Source: Flavobacteriales bacterium (GTDB taxonomy: Bacteria; Bacteroidota; Bacteroidia; Flavobacteriales_F; PHOS-HE28). Taken from it: DNA of 64,000 nucleotides. The translations under genes and the position numbers were made by a program. This document shows positions 27,076 through 36,045 of the stretch, one piece after another (position 1 is the first letter of the stretch; each line of letters begins with the position of its first letter). The stretch is from assembly GCA_016715995.1 (NCBI GenBank), contig JADJXF010000018.1, positions 3,850-67,849 on the forward strand. Direction: 5' to 3'. The notes below the pieces were generated by a model. That model ran no database searches. It saw only the letters and a program-made list of their open reading frames with translations, and was not told the origin of the DNA.

Positions 27076-29331
27076 ATGAGACACATGCTCCATCGTTCCG
27101 CTCTGCTCCTGCCGCTCCTGCTTGTTCTTCCTGCTTCCGCGCAGACCTGGGAATTGGTCACACCCGTGAAGACACGGAGCGAACTGCCTTCCGTGCGCAT
27201 GGTGGACCCCACCACGGGCTTCATGATCGACCGCGTGCTCGGCTTCGTGATGAAGACCACCGATGCCGGTGCCAGCTGGGAACGCAAGCCCTACAATCTC
27301 ATCGACAAGCCGCGCGTGCTCTGGATGTGGGACGATCAACGCGGCATCATCGCCGCCAACTCGGGCCGCTTCTACCGCACCACCGATGGCTGGGCCACGG
27401 CGAGTTCCGTCTATCAGCCCACCTTCGGCAACCTCGGCAGCTTGTACTTCGTGAACGACGACCTGGGCTGGGCCGGCAGCGAGAGCGGCAAGATCGTGCA
27501 CACCACCGATGGCGGCGCCACCTGGACGCAGCAGACCAGCGGCACCACCAACGCCATCGTCGCGATGCACTTCGTGAACGAGCAGCTGGGCTTCGCGGCG
27601 GCCACCGGCGCCATCCTGCTGCGCACCACCGACGGCGGCGCTAGCTGGGCGCCGCTCACCACGCCCATCAACTACAACATGCGCGGCATCCACTTCTTCG
27701 ATGCGCTCAACGGCATCGCGGTCGGTATCGGTGGCGAGATCATCCGCACCACCGACGGCGGCGACAGCTGGACCCTGGAGACCAGCCCCACCACCAACAG
27801 CCTGCTCGGCCTCTTCGTGCAAGGCAACACGCTCATCGCCATGGGCAATGGCGGCACCGTGATTCGCAGCACCAACGGCGGTGTGAATTGGACGGCGCAA
27901 ACGCTCGATCTGCAGGACCTCTACAGCGCGTGGATCGACCCCAGCGGCATCGGCCTGCTCACCGGAAAGGCGCGCGTGTACCGCACGTTGAACTTCGGCG
28001 CCACATGGACTGCGGTGCAGATCGGCACCTACCACACCATGCTCAACAAGGTGAGCTTCGGTACCGAGCAGAACGGAGCCTCGGCGGGCTGGCAGACCAG
28101 TGGCGGTTTCGAGAACGGCGTGGTGCGCACCCAGAACGGCGGACGCACGTGGGGCAACGCGAACGCGGGCAATTCGCAATGGCTGGGCGTGCATCTACTA
28201 GCGAACGGAACAGGCTGGCTCGGCGGCGGCACGGGTGCCAACCGCAGCACCACCGACTTCTTCGCCACCAGCAGCTCGCACCCCGGCCCCAACGTAGCCA
28301 TCCGCTCCACTTGGGCCTTCAACACCACCACGGCCATCGTCGCTGGCGGCTATGTGAACGGTGGCTGCTACCGCACCACGAACTCCGGAAGCACCTGGGA
28401 CTACACCCAGACCGGAAACATCTACGACCTCTGGTTCGTGAACAATCTGCTCGGGTTCTGCGGCGGGGAAGGCGGCTCGCTTCACCGCACACTCGATGGC
28501 GGCATCACATGGCAACCGCTCACCAGTGGCTCCAACGCCGCCATCAACAGCATCTTCTTCCTCAACGATACGCTCGGCTTCTGGGCGGGCAACGGCGGTG
28601 CCCGCACCACCGACGGCGGCGACACCTGGACCTACATGGGCGACCTGCCGCAGTACACCATGAGCATCTTCTTCACCGATCCCGATACCGGCTATGCGGT
28701 GAGCGGGAGCGGATACGTGCTGCGCACCACCAACGGTGGCGACGATTGGGAGTTCATGGTGCCCGAACCCTTCGATACCAGCATCGGCGATGCGACCATG
28801 GTGGATGGGGCGCTCATCGCCGTAGGACGTTACGGCGATGTGTACCGCGCGGCCTTGCAATGCCCCACAACACCGCACGTGCCCACAGTGCTGCAAAGCG
28901 GACAGACGCTGTGCACCGCTTGGCGCCCGCAGATCCAATGGTACCTGGATGGCGCACCACTGCCCAACGCCACATGGCCGTGCATCACCGCCAGCGCAAC
29001 GGGGAGCTATAGCGTGGTGGTCACCGATGCGCTCGGATGCACCAGCGTGCCCTCGGTGCCGGTCGTTGTCATCAGCACAACGGTGGAAGAGCAGATGAAC
29101 GAGGCGTTTGCGGTTTTCCCGAACCCCACCACCGGCTTACTCACCCTCTCATTCGCAAATGATGGCCCGCACACGGTGCTGCTCTGCGATGCGCAGGGAC
29201 GCGTGCTGCGGAGCGAACGCGTGAGCGGCCCAACAGCCACGCTTGACTTGCACGAGCTGCCCGCCGGGCTTTACATCCTGCGCGATCGCGGCAGCGCGGG
29301 AACTGGGGCGGTGCGCGTGGTGCGAGAATAG
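27076..29331 (+). CDS. YCF48/BNR-repeat beta-propeller protein with T9SS type A sorting domain
   Basis: Many TTDGGxSW/TW repeats, an Ig-like stub and CTD VFPNPTTG...ELPAGLYIL. The track's upstream extension to 26197 is spurious. Confidence 0.9.
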   Translation: MRHMLHRSALLLPLLLVLPASAQTWELVTPVKTRSELPSVRMVDPTTGFMIDRVLGFVMKTTDAGASWERKPYNLIDKPRVLWMWDDQRGIIAANSGRFYRTTDGWATASSVYQPTFGNLGSLYFVNDDLGWAGSESGKIVHTTDGGATWTQQTSGTTNAIVAMHFVNEQLGFAAATGAILLRTTDGGASWAPLTTPINYNMRGIHFFDALNGIAVGIGGEIIRTTDGGDSWTLETSPTTNSLLGLFVQGNTLIAMGNGGTVIRSTNGGVNWTAQTLDLQDLYSAWIDPSGIGLLTGKARVYRTLNFGATWTAVQIGTYHTMLNKVSFGTEQNGASAGWQTSGGFENGVVRTQNGGRTWGNANAGNSQWLGVHLLANGTGWLGGGTGANRSTTDFFATSSSHPGPNVAIRSTWAFNTTTAIVAGGYVNGGCYRTTNSGSTWDYTQTGNIYDLWFVNNLLGFCGGEGGSLHRTLDGGITWQPLTSGSNAAINSIFFLNDTLGFWAGNGGARTTDGGDTWTYMGDLPQYTMSIFFTDPDTGYAVSGSGYVLRTTNGGDDWEFMVPEPFDTSIGDATMVDGALIAVGRYGDVYRAALQCPTTPHVPTVLQSGQTLCTAWRPQIQWYLDGAPLPNATWPCITASATGSYSVVVTDALGCTSVPSVPVVVISTTVEEQMNEAFAVFPNPTTGLLTLSFANDGPHTVLLCDAQGRVLRSERVSGPTATLDLHELPAGLYILRDRGSAGTGAVRVVRE

Positions 29332-29446
29332 CGGCGGCGCGGCAGGGCTTCCTTCGGAAATCCTGCACGAGCTTGATTGATGCGCATCATGGCCTCCCGC
29401 ACAGCCAAGCGCTCAGGTACCGTGTACGGTGGGCGACCTCCCCGAA

Positions 29447-29824
29447 TCAGTTGAAGTGCTTGCCGATGAAGGTCGCCAGTTGCTCATCGCCCATGCGCAG
29501 CGATGTGCTGTGGGTGGCTACCGCGTTCTTGTACTGCGGCGTGGCGGCCAGGAAGTGGATGAACTGCTCCTGCACCTGACCGGTGCCGGTCACGTGCACC
29601 TCGTCGATGTTGGGCATCGTCGCGGCGATCTCCTTGAAGAACTTCTGCGTCAAGGCCATCTCCTGGTTGTTCGCGGCATTCTCGTTGGAGTTCCGTTCAG
29701 CGCCGGCGTTCTCCACATGGGTCAGCACCACGAATTCGTTGCCATCCGGACTGGTCTTCACCACCACGGTGGCGTGGTGCGTATCCATCCATACCCCGAA
29801 CTGCTTCTTGTTGTGCGTTGTCAT
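29447..29824 (-). CDS. Small eRF1/AtsE-like (host-attachment type) hypothetical protein
   Basis: FGVWMDTHHATVV...KFFKEIA...VHVTGTGQVQEQF...MGDEQL pattern. Confidence 0.55.
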   Translation of the reverse strand: MTTHNKKQFGVWMDTHHATVVVKTSPDGNEFVVLTHVENAGAERNSNENAANNQEMALTQKFFKEIAATMPNIDEVHVTGTGQVQEQFIHFLAATPQYKNAVATHSTSLRMGDEQLATFIGKHFN

Positions 29825-30237
29825 TGTGCTGTGGTTTTGTGGATGCATGAGCGCGGTCCAGTGAGCCGGCGCGCGCACCGTGCACGAACAATCAGGCCGC
29901 ACCGTACCGCATTCGCCTCAGCCAATGGCCGCGCCGCAGGTCTGCCGCCAACAGCGCGCGGCTTTCACGTGCGCGGGGGCGGGAGCACCCCACCGTTAGG
30001 GAACTCCTTGCGCGTGGAGGCATGACATGGAGGCCATGCCAAGCCTGTCAAGGACCGGATGGTCCCGTCAGAATGCTGGCCCTCGCCGTGTGACGCATTA
30101 ACGGGCGCGCGAGACACCTGTATCGCGCCGGGTGTCGTATCGACAATTGCGCGTAACATACCTCTCAAGCTGTATGACATTCGACTCGCGCGGCCTGCTC
30201 GGCGAAGCGCTGGCTATCAGGTACATGAGCCAGGCTC

Positions 30238-30552
30238 TAACGCGGGTTATTGGGGCACGTGCCGCAGGGTCTCGGGCTCGTGCTGCTGGTTCTCAGGCAC
30301 ATGCTACAGGTTCTCGCGCACATGCAACAGCATCTTGCTCATATGCTGCGGGTTCTCGGGCACATGCGGCGGGTTTTCCGGCACATGCTGCTGCACATTG
30401 GTCACATGCCGCAGGTTTCCGGGCACCGGCAGCGGGGTCTCGGTAACATCCTGTGGGTTATGCGGCACATGCCGCAGCAAGTTGGTCGCATACCACAGGT
30501 TATGCGGTGGGTGCCGCAGGCTTTATGGCAACTGACGCGGCTTTTCTCACAA
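30238..30552. repeat. Degenerate 21-bp tandem repeat, about 15 units
   Basis: Units in exact 21-nt register, consensus ATGCYGCRGGTTYTCGGGCAC (e.g. 30301 ATGCTACAGGTTCTCGCGCAC, 30343 ATGCTGCGGGTTCTCGGGCAC, 30406 ATGCCGCAGGTTTCCGGGCAC). Confidence 0.9.
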
Positions 30553-30936
30553 GCAGGGGTGCGCAGCATGGGCGATGGTCGGGGGCGGAACGCGCACGAA
30601 TGAAGAGGGCCTGATCCTCCGATGCGGAGCGGTTGCGCTGGGCAATGGAAACAGATAGAACGACCCGGGGTTACTGGAGACCTTGGCGAGGTTTAATACC
30701 GCAGGGTCGCCGAAGACGGCAGACCGCTGCTGAAGTTTCTCGCGAGGGGTGCCTATGGCGGACACCCTGCGGATGTTTAATGGGTTCACACGTTTACGTG
30801 CACCCATTTCAGGACGAGTTATGGTGTAAAAGGGCCTGAGATATGGGGGAAATAGCGATCGGCACCTGAACATTATTCTCTTGTGTTTTGGCATCACAAG
30901 AGTTAGCCGTACTATAGTTGAAGCAAGAGCGCTTTC

Positions 30937-31899
30937 GTGCGATCCAACGAAATCAATTTCTACATGCCCGAGATTCGAACAAGCCTGTTCCATGCGGACT
31001 TCGAAGTTCTTTCAGAGGTCCTGATTGCACTGATCATTGCTGCCTTGCTTGTTGAGCGTGGGCTTTCGGTAATATTTGAGAATCGCTTGTTCATTGAACG
31101 CGTGCTGTTCGATATACAACGATATACCGGACCGGAGCGATCTGATTCCCGTAGTTACCCGACTACACCTATTACGCGCATCAATATCAAGAATCGTGGA
31201 CTACAGGAGGTGATTGCGTTCTCTACCTCGCTAGCTGTCTGCTTTTTCTGGGACTTTGACGCGTTTAGTACTGTAATGTGGCCGATGTCCGGTCGGGTTT
31301 CCTTTTTAGGAGAAGTGCTCACTGCGATGGTAATCACTGGCGGTTGTCGCGGTTCCCAGAAGCTCTTTAGGGAGTGGATGGGCATCAAGAGCTCAGCTCA
31401 AGAGGAAGTAGATGCATTCTTTGTTGACGCGCGTCGCGCGCAGAGAATTGCACTAGCGGCGGAAAAAGTTGAACAGAATCCTACGAAGGTCGTTCCGGTT
31501 TGGGAATTTGCTAATACGATGCTCTTGGAATACTATCAGAAGAACCTCCTACAAGTCAGAAGCATTTACAGGGTAATTCTTGGTTGCATGGTAGTGGGTT
31601 TTCTCCTGATCATCGCTGCGACTATCTCAGCAACATTTGAGATCATTGATTCCGATTTTCGACCTATCGCACTATGGGCTGGCATTATTAGCGAGTTCAT
31701 CGGTGCGACTTTCTTGTTCCTCTATCGCTCGATTATGAGCCAAGCCTTAGAGTACACCAAGAGCCTAGAAAAGATGAATGATGTAGGCATGGCCTTGAAA
31801 ATCATCGATTCCATCCCGGAAACAGCAAGCAACACAGAGAAGGTAAACCAAGCGAAAGTGGATATATCAAAGGATTTGGTAACCAAATCGAGGATATAG
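30937..31899 (+). CDS. Low-GC multi-pass membrane protein with a C-terminal region resembling the TRADD-N-associated membrane domain
   Basis: About 47% GC in sample lines and 4-5 TM. C-terminal YYQKNLLQ...GFLLII...AGIISEFIGATFLFLYR...EYTKSL. An alternative start is at 30964. Confidence 0.6.
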   Translation: MRSNEINFYMPEIRTSLFHADFEVLSEVLIALIIAALLVERGLSVIFENRLFIERVLFDIQRYTGPERSDSRSYPTTPITRINIKNRGLQEVIAFSTSLAVCFFWDFDAFSTVMWPMSGRVSFLGEVLTAMVITGGCRGSQKLFREWMGIKSSAQEEVDAFFVDARRAQRIALAAEKVEQNPTKVVPVWEFANTMLLEYYQKNLLQVRSIYRVILGCMVVGFLLIIAATISATFEIIDSDFRPIALWAGIISEFIGATFLFLYRSIMSQALEYTKSLEKMNDVGMALKIIDSIPETASNTEKVNQAKVDISKDLVTKSRI

Positions 31900-32063
31900 G
31901 CTCATCCGACCACTACACGCAACTGGGTCATACCAAGCTCCCGCGGATGTGTGATCCGGACCAAGTCTTAAGGTCCGCAAGTTCGTGGCCACGAATCGCA
32001 GATTCGCGGCAGCGAGGGGTTCAAGGCGGGGCAGCTAAACGCCTTATCTGAAGAAGCACGTGA

Positions 32064-32756
32064 CTAGGACCGTTTGAAGAATGTTCTCTGCAACCATTCA
32101 TTCTCGCCATCCACGAAGGCTTTAAGTCGCTTGATATCATCGAGTACCTCGGTTGTGAATTGAACATCTGTTCGAAGATGCAGCTTGTTCCTTTGCCTGT
32201 TCATCGTCTTCACAATTAAACGAACATCTTCAGGCAGACCAATTGCGACCTGATACTTTGCCTTAAGCATTGTATCAAGTGAGATAGTTTCCTGTTGGAT
32301 CTCTGTCGCGATGCGGTGCTGAGCTAGACCTTCAGCATCGATTGGGGCTTTCTGTACTTGCTTATCGAATTGTTCCGCAATCGTCGCGTTCCGTTGGCCC
32401 TTTGGTTGGGTTGGTTCAATTTGGTCCTTAATGCGATGAATGATTACCTGCTTGAGTAATAGCCGTGCCTTCATATAGTTCTCGAAGTAGATGCAGAACC
32501 TTACCTGATCGACGAGGTAGTCCATTACAAATGGCAGTACCGCAAGCGTGAATTCAGTTTCTGACATCACTCCAGCTTGTCGCCTGCGCTGAAGTTCCTC
32601 AAGGTAGGCCCAGTCTCTGATGATCCTTGCGCCTTTGAAGGCTTCGCCACCGAAGTTGATCAAGTTGACAGCCAATACCGCTAAGTGGTTACGGTCTTGG
32701 TATGTCTTTGCCCAATCGATTTTCTCTGGATCCAATTCGTAATGCTCCGCGTCCAT
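32064..32756 (-). CDS. Low-GC hypothetical protein with a HEPN-like signature
   Basis: Helical protein with FENYMKARLL and C-terminal MNRQRNKLH, about 43% GC in a sample line. The CDS itself is more certain than the HEPN call. Confidence 0.55.
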   Translation of the reverse strand: MDAEHYELDPEKIDWAKTYQDRNHLAVLAVNLINFGGEAFKGARIIRDWAYLEELQRRRQAGVMSETEFTLAVLPFVMDYLVDQVRFCIYFENYMKARLLLKQVIIHRIKDQIEPTQPKGQRNATIAEQFDKQVQKAPIDAEGLAQHRIATEIQQETISLDTMLKAKYQVAIGLPEDVRLIVKTMNRQRNKLHLRTDVQFTTEVLDDIKRLKAFVDGENEWLQRTFFKRS

Positions 32757-32823
32757 TCGCTTAAGGTACTTAAATCGACACAGGGGCTCCTGTCTTTGTG
32801 GACCCGATTCAATCGCGCACCCA

Positions 32824-33453
32824 TCACTCCTCCTCATGCAATCCCTCCAGATCAGCGCTATGGCTGGGTGGCAGGCGATCGCCTTGGTGGGCCAGGAGCT
32901 TGTCGTGCAAGGCGGCCTTGCGGCGGTTGAGCTGGTCGCGCGGTATGAAGGTCTTGCAACTGATGAGGTGCGGGCCGTTCACCGTGCCCAGCACGAGGCC
33001 TTCGGGCACCACGCCGGCCACCGCCCAGCGGCCACTGTGCTTGTACGGGAGGTGCATCGCCTTCAGCTGGTGGTTGTACTTGAAGAACTGGTGGAGGTTG
33101 AAGACCAGGTCGCGGGTGCGCGTGACCCGTGCGCGGTACTGGCTGAAGAGGTGGCCGTAGAAGTGGAAGGCTCGTCCATCGGGCACCACTTGCACGGCAT
33201 CCACCTGGCCCTTGCGGTTCCACCACATCAGGGTGTAGAGCCGCATGCCTGCGCCCTCGGGCACGGCGGTGCATAGCCAGTTGTTGCCATCGGCCCCCCG
33301 GTGGGCCTGCTCGTAGGGCTTGCCTGCGGCGGCATCGGCCGGAAAGGTGCTGCGCCACGCGTCCATGCCGCGCTCCACCTTCTCGCGCATCCACGGCAGG
33401 CGGATGCGCGCGAGCAGCAACTGCTTTTCCACGAACCACGAGGAGTTTGCCAT
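32824..33453 (-). CDS. Hypothetical protein
   Basis: Host-like codon bias; motifs GHLFSQYRAR, FFKYN, GLVLG and CKTFI. No family recognised. Confidence 0.6.
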   Translation of the reverse strand: MANSSWFVEKQLLLARIRLPWMREKVERGMDAWRSTFPADAAAGKPYEQAHRGADGNNWLCTAVPEGAGMRLYTLMWWNRKGQVDAVQVVPDGRAFHFYGHLFSQYRARVTRTRDLVFNLHQFFKYNHQLKAMHLPYKHSGRWAVAGVVPEGLVLGTVNGPHLISCKTFIPRDQLNRRKAALHDKLLAHQGDRLPPSHSADLEGLHEEE

Positions 33454-33780
33454 GATGAAGCTTACGAATATGGAATGGGAACAGGGGCCCCGTGCGCGCA
33501 CGAGCGGGCAGAGATTCCACCGCGCCATCAACGATCAAGGTCATCCCCTGCTGCCGCGCGACTGTGGCGCGTGGCCCACCACCAGTAACTCTGAGCCCGC
33601 AGCAGACTCACCCCTCTTCGAGGACCCTACGCCAACTCGGCTACCCAGTACAGGTTCTTCCGAAGGTTACGGCGCCACCAACCCTACTAGCGCATCCACC
33701 CGATCGTAGCCATGTCTGCGCATGCCGCAGACTGCTGCCCCCGACCTAAGTCCCGCACAATAGCCGTCACTACACATCAC

Positions 33781-34038
33781 CTAGGGCTGGGTATTGCTCT
33801 TCGCTCCTCCTGCAGGTTGATCATCCTCAACCGGCAAGAGCGCCGCGCTGTGGATGTACGCCCGCATGAGCTGCCTGGAGTTCTCAGGGTCAGCGCTCCC
33901 CCCTTGTTGGTTCCTGGGTATTTGTTCGAACCAGATGCACTCAAGCTTGCCCAGCCGCTCGCCATTCACAACCATTTCCGGGCTGTTCTTCTCAGCTTTC
34001 AAGCGCACCAAGGTGCCTATGGCGTATCGTTCACTCAT
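33781..34038 (-). CDS. DUF2158 (YodC family) protein
   Basis: IGTLVRLKAEKNSPEMVV...LECIWF...HSAALLPV. Confidence 0.65.
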   Translation of the reverse strand: MSERYAIGTLVRLKAEKNSPEMVVNGERLGKLECIWFEQIPRNQQGGSADPENSRQLMRAYIHSAALLPVEDDQPAGGAKSNTQP

Positions 34039-35486
34039 CTGGTGGTGCGTTCGTCTGGGTTCTTGCGCTTCGGGTCTGGCACCTCAACTTGCTCGTAAGG
34101 GCGACCCAGCCATGGCTGTTCGTGTAAGGCACTGTCCGAGCGGTGCATTCCTCTTGCTCCAAGCTCGCCCTCGAAATCCTGCTGATGTGGCGATACATGC
34201 TCACGCCAGCGCTGCAAGCAAGGTTCGCAATCGTACACTTTGTGCACGTATGCCACGTCCGGATAGCGCATCAAGAGCATTTCACTGCTGCGTACCCGGT
34301 CGATGTTCTGGTTGTGGGTGAGCTCGCTGGTGAGGCACGCGAGGAATTTCAGGCGGTAGTTGAAATCATTGGTGATACTATCACCAAGGAGGGTGTTGGC
34401 CAGGAGCCCAGGACGTGTGTGCGCATTCAGGTAGCGGAAGAAGGCGCGATCGAGCGCGTAAAGGAAGGTGCCATCAGCCCCGGGCATCCCGCCTTGTTCT
34501 CGCAGTTCGCTGCTTCCCAACGCATTTGCCCGAATTCCCTTGCAAGCATAGGCCACCACGGAGTCGGATTCGCTAAGCGCGGGCAGGCCGTTGTTCCGGC
34601 GCCACTGGTCGTTGCACTTGGTGCAACGCAGGTAATCAAGCACCCGCGACCCGAACCAACTGAGGTTGTAATACCTGGTCACGAGCGTGTCCACCTCGCT
34701 CTGCGACAGCGCTGATCGCACCATAGGCTGCTGGTGCCGCGCATGCATCGCGGACCTGATGAGCAGCGCTGTGGACATGAGGCGCGTGGCGTCCTGCTCA
34801 TACTCGTGCATCTGTGTCATGCGTACCTGCACCTGATCATAGTAGCGCGAGTAGTGGAAGGAGATGGGCCCCACGAAGCCAATGGAGAGCGCGGCGGCGT
34901 ACGTCTGCCAGCGATGGTGCCCGAGGTAGCTGGCGACCCCTTGAGCGAAGGTGAGGCGCGGCCATTGAACGGACCCGCACTCCTTGCAGATGATCCCTGC
35001 TGAATCGCCGCAGTACGCGCAATCCTCCGATTGGTGCGGCGGGTGATCGTGCGACGCCTCGGTGGTCACCTCCACAGTCCAGTGGTGCATGCTGATCATG
35101 CTGACGGCGAAGCTGAGGGAATACACCACCACCAGCAGCACGCTTTCAAGTTCCTCACGCCCATATGTGATTCTCACGATAACTTCTGACTCATGATGCA
35201 CACCGAAGAGGTACATGATGAACTGGGCGCTCGTGAGGTAGAAGCTCAGCGCCGCAGTCGCGCCGATGGACTGTATGTACCACGGTTTGGCCACCAACCA
35301 ATCCCTCGTGCGGGGGAGCGCCCTAAGCATGTTGAAGAGCAGCCATACTGCCATTGGTGCCAGCACCGCGAACCAGTAGGCGGCGATACGCGCTTGCTCA
35401 TGCCAGCAGGCCGTCACCACGGCAACCGCGATGGCAACCGCGATGCTGCCTATGGGGCTGCCAGCCATGCTCACTCTCGCGCTCAT
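34035..35486 (-). CDS. Hypothetical membrane protein with a zinc-ribbon-like motif
   Basis: 4-5 hydrophobic segments, CAYC-x7-CKEC, plus CTKC and CEPC. ATGA overlap with the DUF2158 start. Confidence 0.65.
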   Translation of the reverse strand: MSARVSMAGSPIGSIAVAIAVAVVTACWHEQARIAAYWFAVLAPMAVWLLFNMLRALPRTRDWLVAKPWYIQSIGATAALSFYLTSAQFIMYLFGVHHESEVIVRITYGREELESVLLVVVYSLSFAVSMISMHHWTVEVTTEASHDHPPHQSEDCAYCGDSAGIICKECGSVQWPRLTFAQGVASYLGHHRWQTYAAALSIGFVGPISFHYSRYYDQVQVRMTQMHEYEQDATRLMSTALLIRSAMHARHQQPMVRSALSQSEVDTLVTRYYNLSWFGSRVLDYLRCTKCNDQWRRNNGLPALSESDSVVAYACKGIRANALGSSELREQGGMPGADGTFLYALDRAFFRYLNAHTRPGLLANTLLGDSITNDFNYRLKFLACLTSELTHNQNIDRVRSSEMLLMRYPDVAYVHKVYDCEPCLQRWREHVSPHQQDFEGELGARGMHRSDSALHEQPWLGRPYEQVEVPDPKRKNPDERTTR

Positions 35487-35867
35487 GCAGGCATGCTGAG
35501 ATGATCAGCGCCTTCCGGACGAAGGGACGCCTTCACTTCCTGATTCTCGCACGCGCAGAAGAATTCCACGCAGGAATCGCGCGAAATAAACACAGACTCC
35601 AGGATGCGGTTGTTGGTCATGCCAAATCCGCCTAGGTCGTATCGGCCCGCCATTTGAGTGTCCAAGATCTCTGTTTCTTCTGATGTCAAACTTCTCTGGC
35701 AGTTCTGATGTTTCCAAATCCTAAGCTACAGCAGGCCCCCGTCTCCGGAGCCCTATACCATAACAGGCCCTTCCGTATTCATAGCCCTGCGCTTCCCATT
35801 CTTTCAACCGCACGGTCTTCCTCCTCCAGCGTACTGAACCCGATGCGATACAGCGTGCTTGGCCCCG

Positions 35868-35990
35868 CTACTCCTTCACCACGCGCGCGCTGACCCCATC
35901 GCAGCACGGAGTAAACGCCCGGTGCCAGGCCCAGCAGCGAGCTCCACTGTCGCCCGGCTCCGGCACAGACACTGTCCCGGTCCGTCGCTC
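35868..35990 (-). pseudogene. Degraded T9SS C-terminal-domain remnant
   Basis: Reads GRQWSSLLGLAPGVYSVL then, after a frameshift, SARVVKE*. This parallels GLQWIPLPGLATGVYTVL...ARVVKE* of the 38062 gene. Confidence 0.7.
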
Positions 35991-36045
35991 GCATCGGGTC
36001 GTCCGCGTCCGCTCTCCTCTCCCCCCTCCGCCCTACCTTGCTTCG

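Noticed and set aside
30238-30552. 21-bp array as a CRISPR array
   Set aside because: The units are contiguous with no unique spacers, they are degenerate, and no cas genes are present.
30606-30839. 9-bp direct repeat AGGGCCTGA as a target-site duplication around a 216-bp MITE
   Set aside because: There are no terminal inverted repeats, and a 9-mer recurring within about 250 bp is plausible by chance.
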